Below are positions 51,551 through 61,248 of a stretch of DNA of 64,000 nucleotides, one piece after another. Below the pieces are notes generated by a model that searched no databases, was not told the DNA's origin, and saw only the letters and a program-made list of their open reading frames with translations. Each line of letters opens with the position of its first letter. The stretch's first letter is position 1. Source of the DNA: Oscillospiraceae bacterium. GTDB taxonomy: Bacteria; Bacillota; Clostridia; Oscillospirales; CAG-272. The translations under genes were made by a program, and so were the position numbers. Location of the stretch: assembly GCA_015065365.1 (NCBI GenBank), contig SVQL01000001.1, forward strand, positions 2,355-66,354, read 5' to 3'.

Positions 51551-53929
51551 TCACTTAAGCTCAACTACCGTAACGCCGCCGTCGCCCTCGCCGAACTGCC
51601 CTATGCGGAAGCCTGCCACGCGCGAATCCTTCTTAAGATATGCCCAAAGAGCGTTTTTCAGCGCGCCCGTTCCCTTGCCGTGAATGAGTCTGACACTATG
51701 GAAGCCTGCGATTGCCGCATCGTCAAAATACTTATCAACCACGCTCCAAGCCTCATCTCCCGTCTTTCCGCGCAAATCGACCTCTCCGCGGAAATCACGA
51801 TTGACGGTAACCTTAAGAGGTGCGCTCTTTTTCTCGGCTTTCTTCTTTTCGGGCGTATCCTCGATAAGCTGAAGGTCGCTTACCGCAACCTTGGTCTTGA
51901 TAATTCCTATCTGTATGCCGACCTTACCGTTCTTTTCGGGATCGTCCGTAAGCACTCCCGTCTTGTCAAGGCTTACGACGTAAACCTCGTCACCCTTTCT
52001 TAAGGCTCTGGGCAGCTTGTAGTTATCAAGCTTTCTGTGCACCACGGGATCGAAGCTATCACTGTGAGTTCTCAAATGCTCTCTTATTTCACGGCGAGCG
52101 TCTGCCAGCTCCTTGCCGAGTCTTTCGGACTCGCGCTGCTTCTGCACTCTGTCGAGCTGCTCCATAATAAAGTCGCTTGAAAGCTTGGCGCTGTCAACCA
52201 TATTCTGCGCCTTTGCGCGCGCATTTTCAAGGGCTTTTTCGGAGTCTGCAAGGCGCTTTGCAATATCTGCCTCTGCCGCTTTTTTGTAGCTCTCGTATTC
52301 TACTCTCTGCTTTTCGGCTTCGTATAGCTGCTTTTCCGTCTGCTGACGCAAAAGCTCAAGCTCTCCAAGTACACTCTCAAGCTTCTTGTTCTCGCTTCCG
52401 ACGAGCGACTCTGCGCGCTTTACTATTTTTTCGGGAAGTCCGAGCTTTGAGGAAATGGCAAACGCATTGGATTTACCCGGTGTTCCTATTATCAATTTGT
52501 ATGTCGGTCGAAGCGTTTCAACGTCAAATTCGCAAGAAGCATTGCACACTCCGTCCGTGTCAAGCGCATACGTTTTAAGCTCGGTATAGTGAGTCGTAGC
52601 CATACACATAGCACCTGCCGCGCGCACGTCCTCAATGACCGCAATAGCCAAAGCCGCGCCCTCAACGGGGTCTGTTCCTGCGCCAAGCTCGTCGAAAAGC
52701 ACGAGGGTTCTTGAATCCTTTTCCTTTAAAATACTTACGATATTCACCATGTGCGAGGAGAAGGTAGAAAGAGACTGCTCTATGCTCTGCTCGTCACCGA
52801 GGTCAACAAGCACGCTCTCAAAGATACACGTCGTGCTTCCCTCGTCGCAGGGCAGATGCAGTCCCGCCTGCGCCATAAGCGAAAAGAGACCGAGAGTTTT
52901 GAGGGTTACTGTCTTACCGCCCGTGTTAGGGCCTGTAATTATGAGTGTGTCGTACTCGCCGCCTATCGAAAGTGTTACGGGAACGACGCTTTTTTTATCT
53001 ATAAGCGGATGTCGAGCACGCAAAAGTCGGCAAGCGCGCTCCTCGGTAAGTATCGGCTCGCAAGCGTCCATTCTTCTTGACAGCTCCGCGCAGCCGAAGG
53101 TAAAGGCAAGCTGCGTGACGTTTCTGTAATTGAGGTTTAACGACGGAGATATCCCCGCTACCGCCGCAGACAGCTCGGAGAGTACCCTCTCTATCTCGTG
53201 CGCCTCGCGTGACTCAAGCATAGCAAGCTCGTTATTAGCCTCAACCACCGCCATCGGCTCAATAAATATCGTCGCGCCCGACGAGGACGTGTCGTGTATA
53301 AGTCCCTTTATCTCATTTCTATGCTCTGCCTTGACAGGGATAACGAACCGTCCGTTTCTCTGCGTAACTATGTTCTCCTGCAAATACTTGGAATAGCTGC
53401 CGCCCGTGTACCTTGCAAGCGTTTCTCTTACCTTTACGTTAGCCGCTCTTATCTTGCGCCTTACGTCCGCAAGCGCGGGGCTTGCCTCGTCGGCAATCAG
53501 CTCCTCGGAGATAATAGAGCGGGCTATTCTGTCCTCAAGCGTACGGTTTGGTATGAGTCTTTCAAAAACCTCGTCGAGCGAGGTGTCAAACAGCCTGTTT
53601 GAGCGTATATAGTCAAGAAGCTGTCTTGAGGATCGCAAAAGCACGGCAACGTCAAGTAGCTCGCGAGGTGTCAGCACAGCTCCCTTGAGCGCTCTTTCGC
53701 ACACGTCCGAAATATCCACGACTCCGCCGAACGAGGGCATGCCCTTTGCATCAGAAAGTCGCTTCGCATCGGTTGTAGCCGTCTGCCTTGCTTTAGCCGC
53801 CTCGATATAAGTTGCGGGATATAAAGCTCTTGCCGCCTCCGCCGCGCCCTTTGTCGGACAGCTGTCGGCAAGCATCTGTCTTATTTTATCAAATTCAAGA
53901 GTTACCAGTGTTTTTTCAGTTATACTCAT
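51551..53929 (-). CDS. mutS2: Endonuclease MutS2 (MutS domain + C-terminal Smr)
   Basis: Walker A ITGPNTGGKTV, DELGAGTDP and Smr tail VDLRGKTGDEA...LIHGKGTGALK. Confidence 0.9.
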   Translation of the reverse strand: MSITEKTLVTLEFDKIRQMLADSCPTKGAAEAARALYPATYIEAAKARQTATTDAKRLSDAKGMPSFGGVVDISDVCERALKGAVLTPRELLDVAVLLRSSRQLLDYIRSNRLFDTSLDEVFERLIPNRTLEDRIARSIISEELIADEASPALADVRRKIRAANVKVRETLARYTGGSYSKYLQENIVTQRNGRFVIPVKAEHRNEIKGLIHDTSSSGATIFIEPMAVVEANNELAMLESREAHEIERVLSELSAAVAGISPSLNLNYRNVTQLAFTFGCAELSRRMDACEPILTEERACRLLRARHPLIDKKSVVPVTLSIGGEYDTLIITGPNTGGKTVTLKTLGLFSLMAQAGLHLPCDEGSTTCIFESVLVDLGDEQSIEQSLSTFSSHMVNIVSILKEKDSRTLVLFDELGAGTDPVEGAALAIAVIEDVRAAGAMCMATTHYTELKTYALDTDGVCNASCEFDVETLRPTYKLIIGTPGKSNAFAISSKLGLPEKIVKRAESLVGSENKKLESVLGELELLRQQTEKQLYEAEKQRVEYESYKKAAEADIAKRLADSEKALENARAKAQNMVDSAKLSSDFIMEQLDRVQKQRESERLGKELADARREIREHLRTHSDSFDPVVHRKLDNYKLPRALRKGDEVYVVSLDKTGVLTDDPEKNGKVGIQIGIIKTKVAVSDLQLIEDTPEKKKAEKKSAPLKVTVNRDFRGEVDLRGKTGDEAWSVVDKYFDDAAIAGFHSVRLIHGKGTGALKNALWAYLKKDSRVAGFRIGQFGEGDGGVTVVELK

Positions 53930-53930
53930 G

Positions 53931-54722
53931 CTACTCCTTTATGGAATGATAAAACTCAAGAGTTTCAAAATTTCTTTCAAGATGGTTTATGATGTAGGTT
54001 TCACTTGCTCGGGCAAGCGTTGAGAGCTCCTCGCCCTCTACCTTAAAGGCAAATATGCGTTTGAGCGGCGCACCCGATACGTATTTCCACGCCGCGATAG
54101 CAGGCGCGCTCATAGGCACGAGCACGGTACTCGTCATAGTGGCATCAACTCCCTCTGCCGCTACGCGTTCCGCGCCTCCTTTAGCCCTCATGCAATCCTC
54201 GCAAACGAGTCCGCCGTTCATAACGTCAAGCCACGAGGACTCCACTCTTTCCGAGTTACAACGCAAGCACTCCGAGAGATCGGGGGAAAATCCCGACTCC
54301 TCTGCGGCAAAAATCTCGTATGCGCTTTTAATTTGCTCAAACGGCTTCAAATTGTTTTCAATAGCATATAGGGAGTTGAGCGTCATGCGGAGCGTGCGAC
54401 TTGCGTCAACCTCCTCGCCCGTTATTTCCCCGGCAAGCTGAACGATATACGACGCGAGCGCAAAGCCGCGTATATCGGCATTCAGCCCGAAAAAGCTATC
54501 ATTCACAGAACCTCCCGACAGCCACTTCATTCCGTTGCGCTCGTAGTATTCAAAGTTGGCATAGGTAAACAGACGGCAAACGCCCATAACCTTGCTTTTC
54601 AATGACCTCGCTCCCTTGGCAATCATAACCGACTGCCCTTTTTCCGTAAGCACGGTCACGAGTCTGTCATTCTCACCGTAAGCGCACTCGCGTATAACCA
54701 GCCCGTCACAGGTATCTCTCAT
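53931..54722 (-). CDS. recO: DNA repair protein RecO
   Basis: DGLVIRECAYGENDRLVTVLTEKGQSVMIAKGARSLKSK plus a Cys-pair zinc motif (CLRC...CEDC). Confidence 0.85.
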   Translation of the reverse strand: MRDTCDGLVIRECAYGENDRLVTVLTEKGQSVMIAKGARSLKSKVMGVCRLFTYANFEYYERNGMKWLSGGSVNDSFFGLNADIRGFALASYIVQLAGEITGEEVDASRTLRMTLNSLYAIENNLKPFEQIKSAYEIFAAEESGFSPDLSECLRCNSERVESSWLDVMNGGLVCEDCMRAKGGAERVAAEGVDATMTSTVLVPMSAPAIAAWKYVSGAPLKRIFAFKVEGEELSTLARASETYIINHLERNFETLEFYHSIKE

Positions 54723-54746
54723 GACCGCACCTCCAATTCTAATAAT

Positions 54747-55634
54747 TTATTCCTCGTCTCTGTATCCGAAGTTTCCGACAGTTCTCGCACTCTCGCGCCA
54801 GTTTTCCTTAACCTTTACCCAAAGATTAAGATATACCTTCGTACCGAAAAGCTTTTCGAGGTCGTCTCTTGCGTAGCTTCCTATAAGCTTGAGCGCCGCG
54901 CCGTTCTTACCTACGATAATTCCCTTGTGCGATACCTTCTCGCAGAATATCTCCGCGCGAATGCTTATAAGGCTTCCCTCGTCCTTGAACTCCTCGATTA
55001 CGACGGCAGTTCCGTGGGGGATCTCCTTGTTGAGCGTTCTGAGTATCTTTTCGCGGATTATCTCTGCCGCAATCTGTCGCTCGGGCTGATCCGTCACCAT
55101 ATCGTCGGGAAAAAACCACTCCGACTCGCTAAGGAATTTCGAGCACTCGTCAAGAAGCTCGCCTACGTTCTTGCCGCTTCTTGCGCTTATCGGAACAAAC
55201 GCCTCAAAGCTATGCTTGTCCGCATATTTCTTTATAGTTTCAGCTATCTGCTCACGGTTGCAGGTATCTATTTTGTTGATCGCGATGAGCGCGGGAATAC
55301 CGCTCTTTTTGAGATACGAGATTACGTTTTCCTCAACCGTGCTTATATCCTTCGTCACGTCAACGACGAGCACTACGGCATCAGCATCGCGCATTGTGCT
55401 ATCCGCCTCCTTGACCATATACTCGCCAAGCGTATTCTTGGGGCTGTGCATACCCGGCGTATCAAGGAACACAAATTGCTCCTCGCCGCGTGTGTGTATT
55501 CCCGTAATTCTGTTTCTCGTCGTCTGTGGCTTGCTTGAAACTATTGCCACCTTCTCTCCGAGAATTGAGTTCATAAGCGTTGATTTTCCAACGTTCGGTC
55601 TGCCTACTATTGCTATAAATCCCGTCTTTTTCAT
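54747..55634 (-). CDS. era: GTPase Era
   Basis: GRPNVGKSTLMN (G1), DTPG (G3), NKID (G4) and a C-terminal KH domain. Confidence 0.9.
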   Translation of the reverse strand: MKKTGFIAIVGRPNVGKSTLMNSILGEKVAIVSSKPQTTRNRITGIHTRGEEQFVFLDTPGMHSPKNTLGEYMVKEADSTMRDADAVVLVVDVTKDISTVEENVISYLKKSGIPALIAINKIDTCNREQIAETIKKYADKHSFEAFVPISARSGKNVGELLDECSKFLSESEWFFPDDMVTDQPERQIAAEIIREKILRTLNKEIPHGTAVVIEEFKDEGSLISIRAEIFCEKVSHKGIIVGKNGAALKLIGSYARDDLEKLFGTKVYLNLWVKVKENWRESARTVGNFGYRDEE

Positions 55635-56116
55635 TACTTTACTCCAAGTCCCATTTTTTCAAGTATTTCACTCTGTCGCGCTCTCATTTCCCTGTCGTCC
55701 TCCTCGGAGTCAACGTGGTCGTAGCCGAGAAGGTGAAGCATTGAGTGTACCGTCAGAAACGCGATTTCTCTGTCAAAGGAATGTCCGAATTCCTCCGCCT
55801 GCGCTCTTGCTCTCTCAAGAGAGATCACAATGTCGCCAAGCGCTATCTCAGGCTCGTCCGTAGGCGGCTCCTCACTTCTCTCAAAATCGGTAAGCGGAAA
55901 GGACAGCACGTCCGTCGCTTTATCTATATTTCGGTAGCTGTTGTTTATCGCGCGTATTCCCTCGTCGTCTACGAAGGTCACCGAAATCTGTACGTCATTC
56001 TGAAATCCCTCGTAGTCAAGCGTCGCCTTTACCGCCTCGCGTAGCAGCATCTTCTGCTTGTAGGTAACGTCCTCTCCCGATTCGTTCATAAAGTATATCA
56101 TAAGTCCCGTTTTCAT
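55634..56116 (-). CDS. ybeY: rRNA maturation RNase YbeY
   Basis: HSMLHLLGYDH zinc-binding motif. Confidence 0.9.
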   Translation of the reverse strand: MKTGLMIYFMNESGEDVTYKQKMLLREAVKATLDYEGFQNDVQISVTFVDDEGIRAINNSYRNIDKATDVLSFPLTDFERSEEPPTDEPEIALGDIVISLERARAQAEEFGHSFDREIAFLTVHSMLHLLGYDHVDSEEDDREMRARQSEILEKMGLGVK

Positions 56117-57141
56117 TTTTTCTCTCCCTGCCTTTTGTTATTTCTTGATGCCGCGCCTCGCTCGGCAGCCGCTTTTTCGTATTTTTCGTAAGCCCTTATA
56201 ATCTGCTGTACGAGCTTGTGGCGCACCACGTCCTTGTCCGTAAATGCGTGTATTTTGATGTCCTCGATGTCGTCGAGTATCTTGACTGCCACCGCAAGTC
56301 CGCTTTTTTGCCCTGACGGAAGGTCGGTCTGCGTAAGGTCGCCCGTAATGACCGCCTTTGAATTAAATCCGAGACGCGTCAAAAACATCTTCATCTGCTC
56401 CGGAGTTGCGTTCTGCGCCTCGTCGAGTATGATAAAGCAATCGTCAAGCGTTCTTCCGCGCATATAAGCCAGCGGTGCTATCTCGATAATTCCCTTTTCA
56501 AGCTGACGCGCGTAGTTTTCAGCGCCCATCATCTCGTACATCGCGTCGTATAGCGGACGAAGATAGGGGTCTATTTTGCTTTGCAGGTCACCCGGTAAAA
56601 ATCCGAGCTTTTCGCCCGCCTCGATAGCGGGGCGCGTAAGAATTATTCTTGAAACCTGCTTTTCGCGAAGTGCCTTTACTGCCATCGCAACTGCGAGAAA
56701 GGTCTTTCCCGTTCCTGCAGGGCCTATACCGAATACCACCGTATTCTTTTCAATGGCCTCGACGTATCTGCGCTGTCCGACGGTCTTTGCCTTTATGGGC
56801 TTGCCGCGCGTGGTAATACAGATGCACGCGCCCTCCATATCGGCAAGCTCCGCCGTATTTCCTTCCTTCACCATCTCCATGACGTAGCCAACCTGCTGCT
56901 CCGTGAGCGTTTCGTTGTACTTCGCCATGTTTTTAAGATATCTGACGGCATCCGCCGCCATATCTACGTTTTCCTTGCTCTCGCCCGTGATTATCACCGC
57001 GTCTGTGTCCTCACCCGCGCGATTGTGGATACTCACGTCAAAGCATTTTTCAAGCATTCGCACGTTAATATCAAAGCTTCCGAAAAGGCGCGCCGTTATT
57101 TCCGAGGAATCAATCTTTACCGTCCTTGCGTATTTTTCCAT
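56113..57141 (-). CDS. phoH: PhoH-family ATPase
   Basis: GPAGTGKTFLAVAMAV Walker A and ILDEAQN Walker B. Conserved position upstream of ybeY. Confidence 0.85.
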   Translation of the reverse strand: MEKYARTVKIDSSEITARLFGSFDINVRMLEKCFDVSIHNRAGEDTDAVIITGESKENVDMAADAVRYLKNMAKYNETLTEQQVGYVMEMVKEGNTAELADMEGACICITTRGKPIKAKTVGQRRYVEAIEKNTVVFGIGPAGTGKTFLAVAMAVKALREKQVSRIILTRPAIEAGEKLGFLPGDLQSKIDPYLRPLYDAMYEMMGAENYARQLEKGIIEIAPLAYMRGRTLDDCFIILDEAQNATPEQMKMFLTRLGFNSKAVITGDLTQTDLPSGQKSGLAVAVKILDDIEDIKIHAFTDKDVVRHKLVQQIIRAYEKYEKAAAERGAASRNNKRQGEKK

Positions 57142-57144
57142 TCT

Positions 57145-58380
57145 TTATCCGCCCCTCTCTTGTTTTTTATAATCCTTTATTGCCGTAAGCTCGACCTCAA
57201 TAACTCTCTCCCGCGCCACGTTCTCGACAGTCTGTATCAAAGCGTCAAGCACGTACACCTCCCCCTCAAGATGTCCGAAAATCTTTTTTGATTCAAGCGT
57301 TGCATCGGGTATTTCCCGATAAACCTTTTGCCACAAAAGAAAATTCGCCTCGGCGAGAGCCTCGGCTTCGCTTCTCACGCAGGTGCTTTCGGTATACTCC
57401 GCGTACTCAACCGTCCGTATCCCCAAAGGCAATTTTCCAAGTCCAAAGGGATTAAAATATTCTTCCCTCATTATTGTATCATAACTTGTATACAAATTTC
57501 CACTATTTTGAAAAAATTTTACTTCTTTTTCAAAGAAAATAAGTGTTTTTTTAACCTTTTTCTTTCCCGTATACGTTTTTTTAGTGTAAGAGAGCGGAAC
57601 TTTTATCTCGTAGACGTTATCGCACAGCGCAAAAACCTTCCCCCTTGAGCGCGTTAAGCGGAGCGGAGTGTCCGCAGTTCCGTAAACTCCTCCGACGAGC
57701 AAATCTCCCTCGCTCACCGCATCACCGATAGCAACGGCTATGTTTCCCCTTACCTCCTCAAAGCCGACTATTACGCCGTTTTTGCCACAAACGAGATTTG
57801 ACGCAATAACTCCGTCATCAACCTCAGGCACAACCGGCTCAACCTCTCTTACCTCCACGTCGGCAACCGTACCCGTAATATTTATTGCCATCCACGATAT
57901 TTTGTCCGAAGCAATCAAAAACCGCGTTTCCGTTCCGTCAACATCAATATCTTCCTTTTTGCTGCCTACGCCCATGCCACTCTCTTTTAATATCTCTATT
58001 ATCTCGGAGTCACTCACGCGCTCGTTTCCCTCAATCCTTATATCCCAAATAATGCTCCCCGATGTAAGAGTAAGAAAGCAGAAAACGGCAAGCCCCAACA
58101 GAAGCCCCGGGCGCTTCAAAACACCGAGCGCAAGAAACGGAATACCGTGTGCGCTATGGGTTTTCAGGTCAATGCCGTGTCTTGTTCTTAAAAGCCGCGC
58201 GCGAGATGCGGAGATAATATGCATACGAAAAAACAGCCGCTCTCCGTCGTCCACTTGCCGCTTACCCATGCTGTGATAGCGGCAGCTGTTCTGCGCGCAG
58301 AAATTGACGAAATCAACTCCGTTTTTTTCGGGAACAGAGATTATTTCGTAGCCGACCAAAAACAAAAGCGGATGTATCAT
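57145..58380 (-). CDS. yqfD: Sporulation protein YqfD
   Basis: ~400-aa protein with a central TM segment, located between yqfC and phoH as in other endospore formers. Confidence 0.7.
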   Translation of the reverse strand: MIHPLLFLVGYEIISVPEKNGVDFVNFCAQNSCRYHSMGKRQVDDGERLFFRMHIISASRARLLRTRHGIDLKTHSAHGIPFLALGVLKRPGLLLGLAVFCFLTLTSGSIIWDIRIEGNERVSDSEIIEILKESGMGVGSKKEDIDVDGTETRFLIASDKISWMAINITGTVADVEVREVEPVVPEVDDGVIASNLVCGKNGVIVGFEEVRGNIAVAIGDAVSEGDLLVGGVYGTADTPLRLTRSRGKVFALCDNVYEIKVPLSYTKKTYTGKKKVKKTLIFFEKEVKFFQNSGNLYTSYDTIMREEYFNPFGLGKLPLGIRTVEYAEYTESTCVRSEAEALAEANFLLWQKVYREIPDATLESKKIFGHLEGEVYVLDALIQTVENVARERVIEVELTAIKDYKKQERGG

Positions 58381-58682
58381 GCGTCCTCCTCAAAGCTCAC
58401 GGAAAAAATATTGCCGTCAACCACCGCCGCGCCCTTTTCAAACGACGCGCACGCAAGCCGTTCTCCCTTTACAGACAGCTCACCCTCTCTTAGCTTAAAT
58501 CTTATTTCCTTATCTCCATAAGCGGTAATACCGCCCCCGCCACGGACGGTAAGAGAGTTTCTTCCGCGCAGCTCAATGAGAGTTTCTCCGAGAAAAATAT
58601 CGGGCTTTATATCGAACTCATGGCACAGCCGTTCTCGCATACGCACAGAGTCCGTGCCCGCTTTTGTGTTTTTCTTTGTCAT
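58377..58682 (-). CDS. yqfC: Sporulation protein YqfC (YabP/YqfC family)
   Basis: ~100-aa protein; LIELRGRNSLTVRGGGGITAYGDKEIRFKL is a YabP-like motif. ATGA overlap with yqfD. Confidence 0.7.
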   Translation of the reverse strand: MTKKNTKAGTDSVRMRERLCHEFDIKPDIFLGETLIELRGRNSLTVRGGGGITAYGDKEIRFKLREGELSVKGERLACASFEKGAAVVDGNIFSVSFEEDA

Positions 58683-58785
58683 ATATCCTCCGCAAGTGTC
58701 CTATAAGTCATATTCCTGACCGTTTGACAGTAATATTTACCGAACGGATTTATTCAAAATATTTTATGCCCACGGAGACACTTAA

Positions 58786-59769
58786 ATGACTCTTATCGGA
58801 ACGAGAAAACGGCAAGGCTCACGCCAAGCGATAATAAATCGGCGATATGCCTTTGCCTTCATGAGCCTTTTCGTGATTATTCTGTTTTTTAAAAACGCGC
58901 AAGCCGCCTCACTTTGGGTACAGAACGGACTTTATCTGTGCGGCACACGGCTCATTCCCGCGCTTTTCCCTTTTATGGTGCTGTCGTCTATCGCAATCGA
59001 AAGCGGAGCGTTAAGGGCACTGTGTAAGCTACCCGCAAGACTCTTTCTACGCGCCTTCAAAATAAGCGAGGACGCAACAAGCGCTGTAATTATCGGCTGG
59101 CTTTGCGGTTTTCCCGTCGGCGCACGCTCGCTTTGCGAGCTTTATGCGAGCGAGCGTATAAGCTTTTCGGAATATAAGCGGGGTGTATGCATAGCGAGCA
59201 CGCCAAGTCCCGCGTTTCTTATAGGTGCTGTCGGCAAGGAAACCTTTGGCTCACCCCTTGTAGGAGTGGTTTTGTACGTCTTGTCTATCTTAATTTCCGC
59301 ACTTATAGGTGCAGTAATGGCTCTTGGGGATAAATCTGTGCCTCTCCCCTCGCCTCGGACACCCAAAAAGAAAACGGTTCGAGGCTTTGCGGGCGTTTTC
59401 ACAAACGCCGTCACAAGCTCAGCCGCGGGTATGGTATCCGTCTGCGCCTTCGTAGTTTTCTTTTGCGCGTTTCTCGGAGTAATTGAGGGCACACTTGATC
59501 TTTTTGAGCTTTCCGACACCGCTGCCGCCCTTATATTCTCCTTTTTCGAGCTTACGTCGGGCGTTGCGCGCATAGGGGAGATGAGTGCCGAATGGAGTCT
59601 TGCGCTGTGTGGAATTGCCGTTGGCTGGTCGGGACTCTCCGTCCATTTTCAGACGGTTTCCATGTGCTCCGACGCGCCGTTTGAACTAAAGCCGTACGTC
59701 CTCTGCCACCTTGTAAAGGCTTTGCTTATGGGAGCAGCCTGCCTTGCTTTATCAAGCTGTTTCAGATAA
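58786..59769 (+). CDS. ylbJ: Nucleoside-recognition-domain membrane protein, YlbJ-like sporulation protein
   Basis: Polytopic protein; ASLWVQNGLYLCGTRLIPALFPFMVLSSI resembles the YlbJ N-terminal gate domain. Shorter than typical YlbJ. Confidence 0.45.
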   Translation: MTLIGTRKRQGSRQAIINRRYAFAFMSLFVIILFFKNAQAASLWVQNGLYLCGTRLIPALFPFMVLSSIAIESGALRALCKLPARLFLRAFKISEDATSAVIIGWLCGFPVGARSLCELYASERISFSEYKRGVCIASTPSPAFLIGAVGKETFGSPLVGVVLYVLSILISALIGAVMALGDKSVPLPSPRTPKKKTVRGFAGVFTNAVTSSAAGMVSVCAFVVFFCAFLGVIEGTLDLFELSDTAAALIFSFFELTSGVARIGEMSAEWSLALCGIAVGWSGLSVHFQTVSMCSDAPFELKPYVLCHLVKALLMGAACLALSSCFR

Positions 59770-59891
59770 TTTTTAGAAAAGGGCTGAGTTATTCAGCATG
59801 AGAATCTAACGAAAGGCTTCCCCACGAGGGAAGACTATTTGTAAACCGAGCCTTAGATTACAAAATTTTATTCACAAGTACCAATATTTTT

Positions 59892-60031
59892 CGGGTCGCC
59901 GAGGACGTCGACCCCTACAGTTTATTAAAAGAAACAAGCTCTGATATTTTTGTCTGTTTTTACATTCAAAAGGCTATAAAAGCTGTATTTCGTTTTTACT
60001 TGTTGTAGGGGTCGACGTCCTCGGCGACCCG
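59892..60031. repeat. Perfect 28-bp inverted repeat (CGGGTCGCCGAGGACGTCGACCCCTACA) separated by 84 nt; REP/MITE-like element or bidirectional terminator
   Basis: The arms are at 59892-59919 and 60004-60031 and are exact reverse complements. Each arm also self-folds (GGGTCG...CGACCC). The spacer is AT-rich. Confidence 0.7.
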
Positions 60032-60060
60032 TTCTAATTAAATTCTATCTTAAATTCTCC

Positions 60061-60495
60061 TCAAAACGTATCCGCAAACGCGGTGGCAAGGGCGTCACAG
60101 CGCTCGTTATAGTGATGCCCCGCGTGTCCGTGTACCCACACAAAAGTCACCTTATGAACACTTATCAGCTCGTCTATTCTCTGCCAAAGCTCCACGTTGA
60201 GCACGGGAGATTTATCCGCCTTTCTCCAGCCGCGCTTTTTCCACGACTCAAGCCACCCTTGATTTATCGCGTCGGTAAGATATTTTGAGTCCGACGTGAG
60301 CGTTATCTCGCAGGGCTCTTTAAGCGCTTCCATGGCGCGGATTGCCCCAAGCAGCTCCATTCTGTTGTTGGTCGTCATACTCTCGCCGCCCGAAAGCTCC
60401 TTTTCGACAGAGCCGAAAACGAGTATCGCGCCCCAGCCGCCCTTTCCGGGATTTCCGCGGCATGCGCCGTCCGTATATATGTCAACGTGCTTCAT
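60061..60495 (-). CDS. rnhA: Ribonuclease HI
   Basis: [22 protein letters not shown]...TNNRMEL...LTSDSKYL...[18 protein letters not shown]. Confidence 0.9.
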   Translation of the reverse strand: MKHVDIYTDGACRGNPGKGGWGAILVFGSVEKELSGGESMTTNNRMELLGAIRAMEALKEPCEITLTSDSKYLTDAINQGWLESWKKRGWRKADKSPVLNVELWQRIDELISVHKVTFVWVHGHAGHHYNERCDALATAFADTF

Positions 60496-60636
60496 AAAAA
60501 ACGTCCTTTCAAGTTTCTACGAATACATTTTACCATATTCCCTCGCAATATTCAAGTTAAATTTGCAATATCTCTATTGATTTTGGGTAAAAATTGTTGT
60601 ATAATTATTTATTATACACTTACGCGGAGGGTACGT

Positions 60637-61245
60637 ATGCTCAACACTAACGATATTTACAAAAAAGCTGACGAGGAATTTATTGAAACGGAAAAATCGT
60701 CCGAGCTTATCTTCGACGGCAAGGTGCTTCACCTCTACCGAGACGAAATATATCTTCCGAACGGCAAAGAGAGCTTCCGCGAATACTGCCGCCATATTGG
60801 TGCTGTATGCGTGGTTCCGGTCACTGACGAAGGGGAAATAATCTGCGTCCGTCAGTACCGCTACGCCGTAGGCAGGACGGTGCTTGAGATACCTGCGGGC
60901 AAGCTTGATTCGCGGGACGAGATACCGATTGACGCCGCCGTGCGCGAGCTTCGCGAGGAAACGGGAGCGGCAGCCCAAAAAATCACCTATATGGGAGAAT
61001 ATTTTTCTTCTCCCGCCATACTCGACGAGCGCATATATATGTTTTTGGCCGAGGGACTTGAATTCGGAGAGACCGACTTCGACGAGGACGAATTTATAGA
61101 AATAGTAAAAATTCCCGTTGACGAGCTTGTCGGCATGATAATGCGCGGCGAGATAATCGATGGAAAAACGCAGGCGGCTGTCATGAGAGCCGCGCTTGCG
61201 ATAAATAAAGAGCTTCAATACACAGCTCAAGCTGAAAGGAATTAA
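60637..61245 (+). CDS. NUDIX hydrolase (ADP-ribose pyrophosphatase-like)
   Basis: Start at ATG 60637 after GGAGG (ORF-track start 60487 rejected). Nudix box GKLDSRDEIPIDAAVRELREETG. Confidence 0.8.
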   Translation: MLNTNDIYKKADEEFIETEKSSELIFDGKVLHLYRDEIYLPNGKESFREYCRHIGAVCVVPVTDEGEIICVRQYRYAVGRTVLEIPAGKLDSRDEIPIDAAVRELREETGAAAQKITYMGEYFSSPAILDERIYMFLAEGLEFGETDFDEDEFIEIVKIPVDELVGMIMRGEIIDGKTQAAVMRAALAINKELQYTAQAERN

Positions 61246-61248
61246 AAA

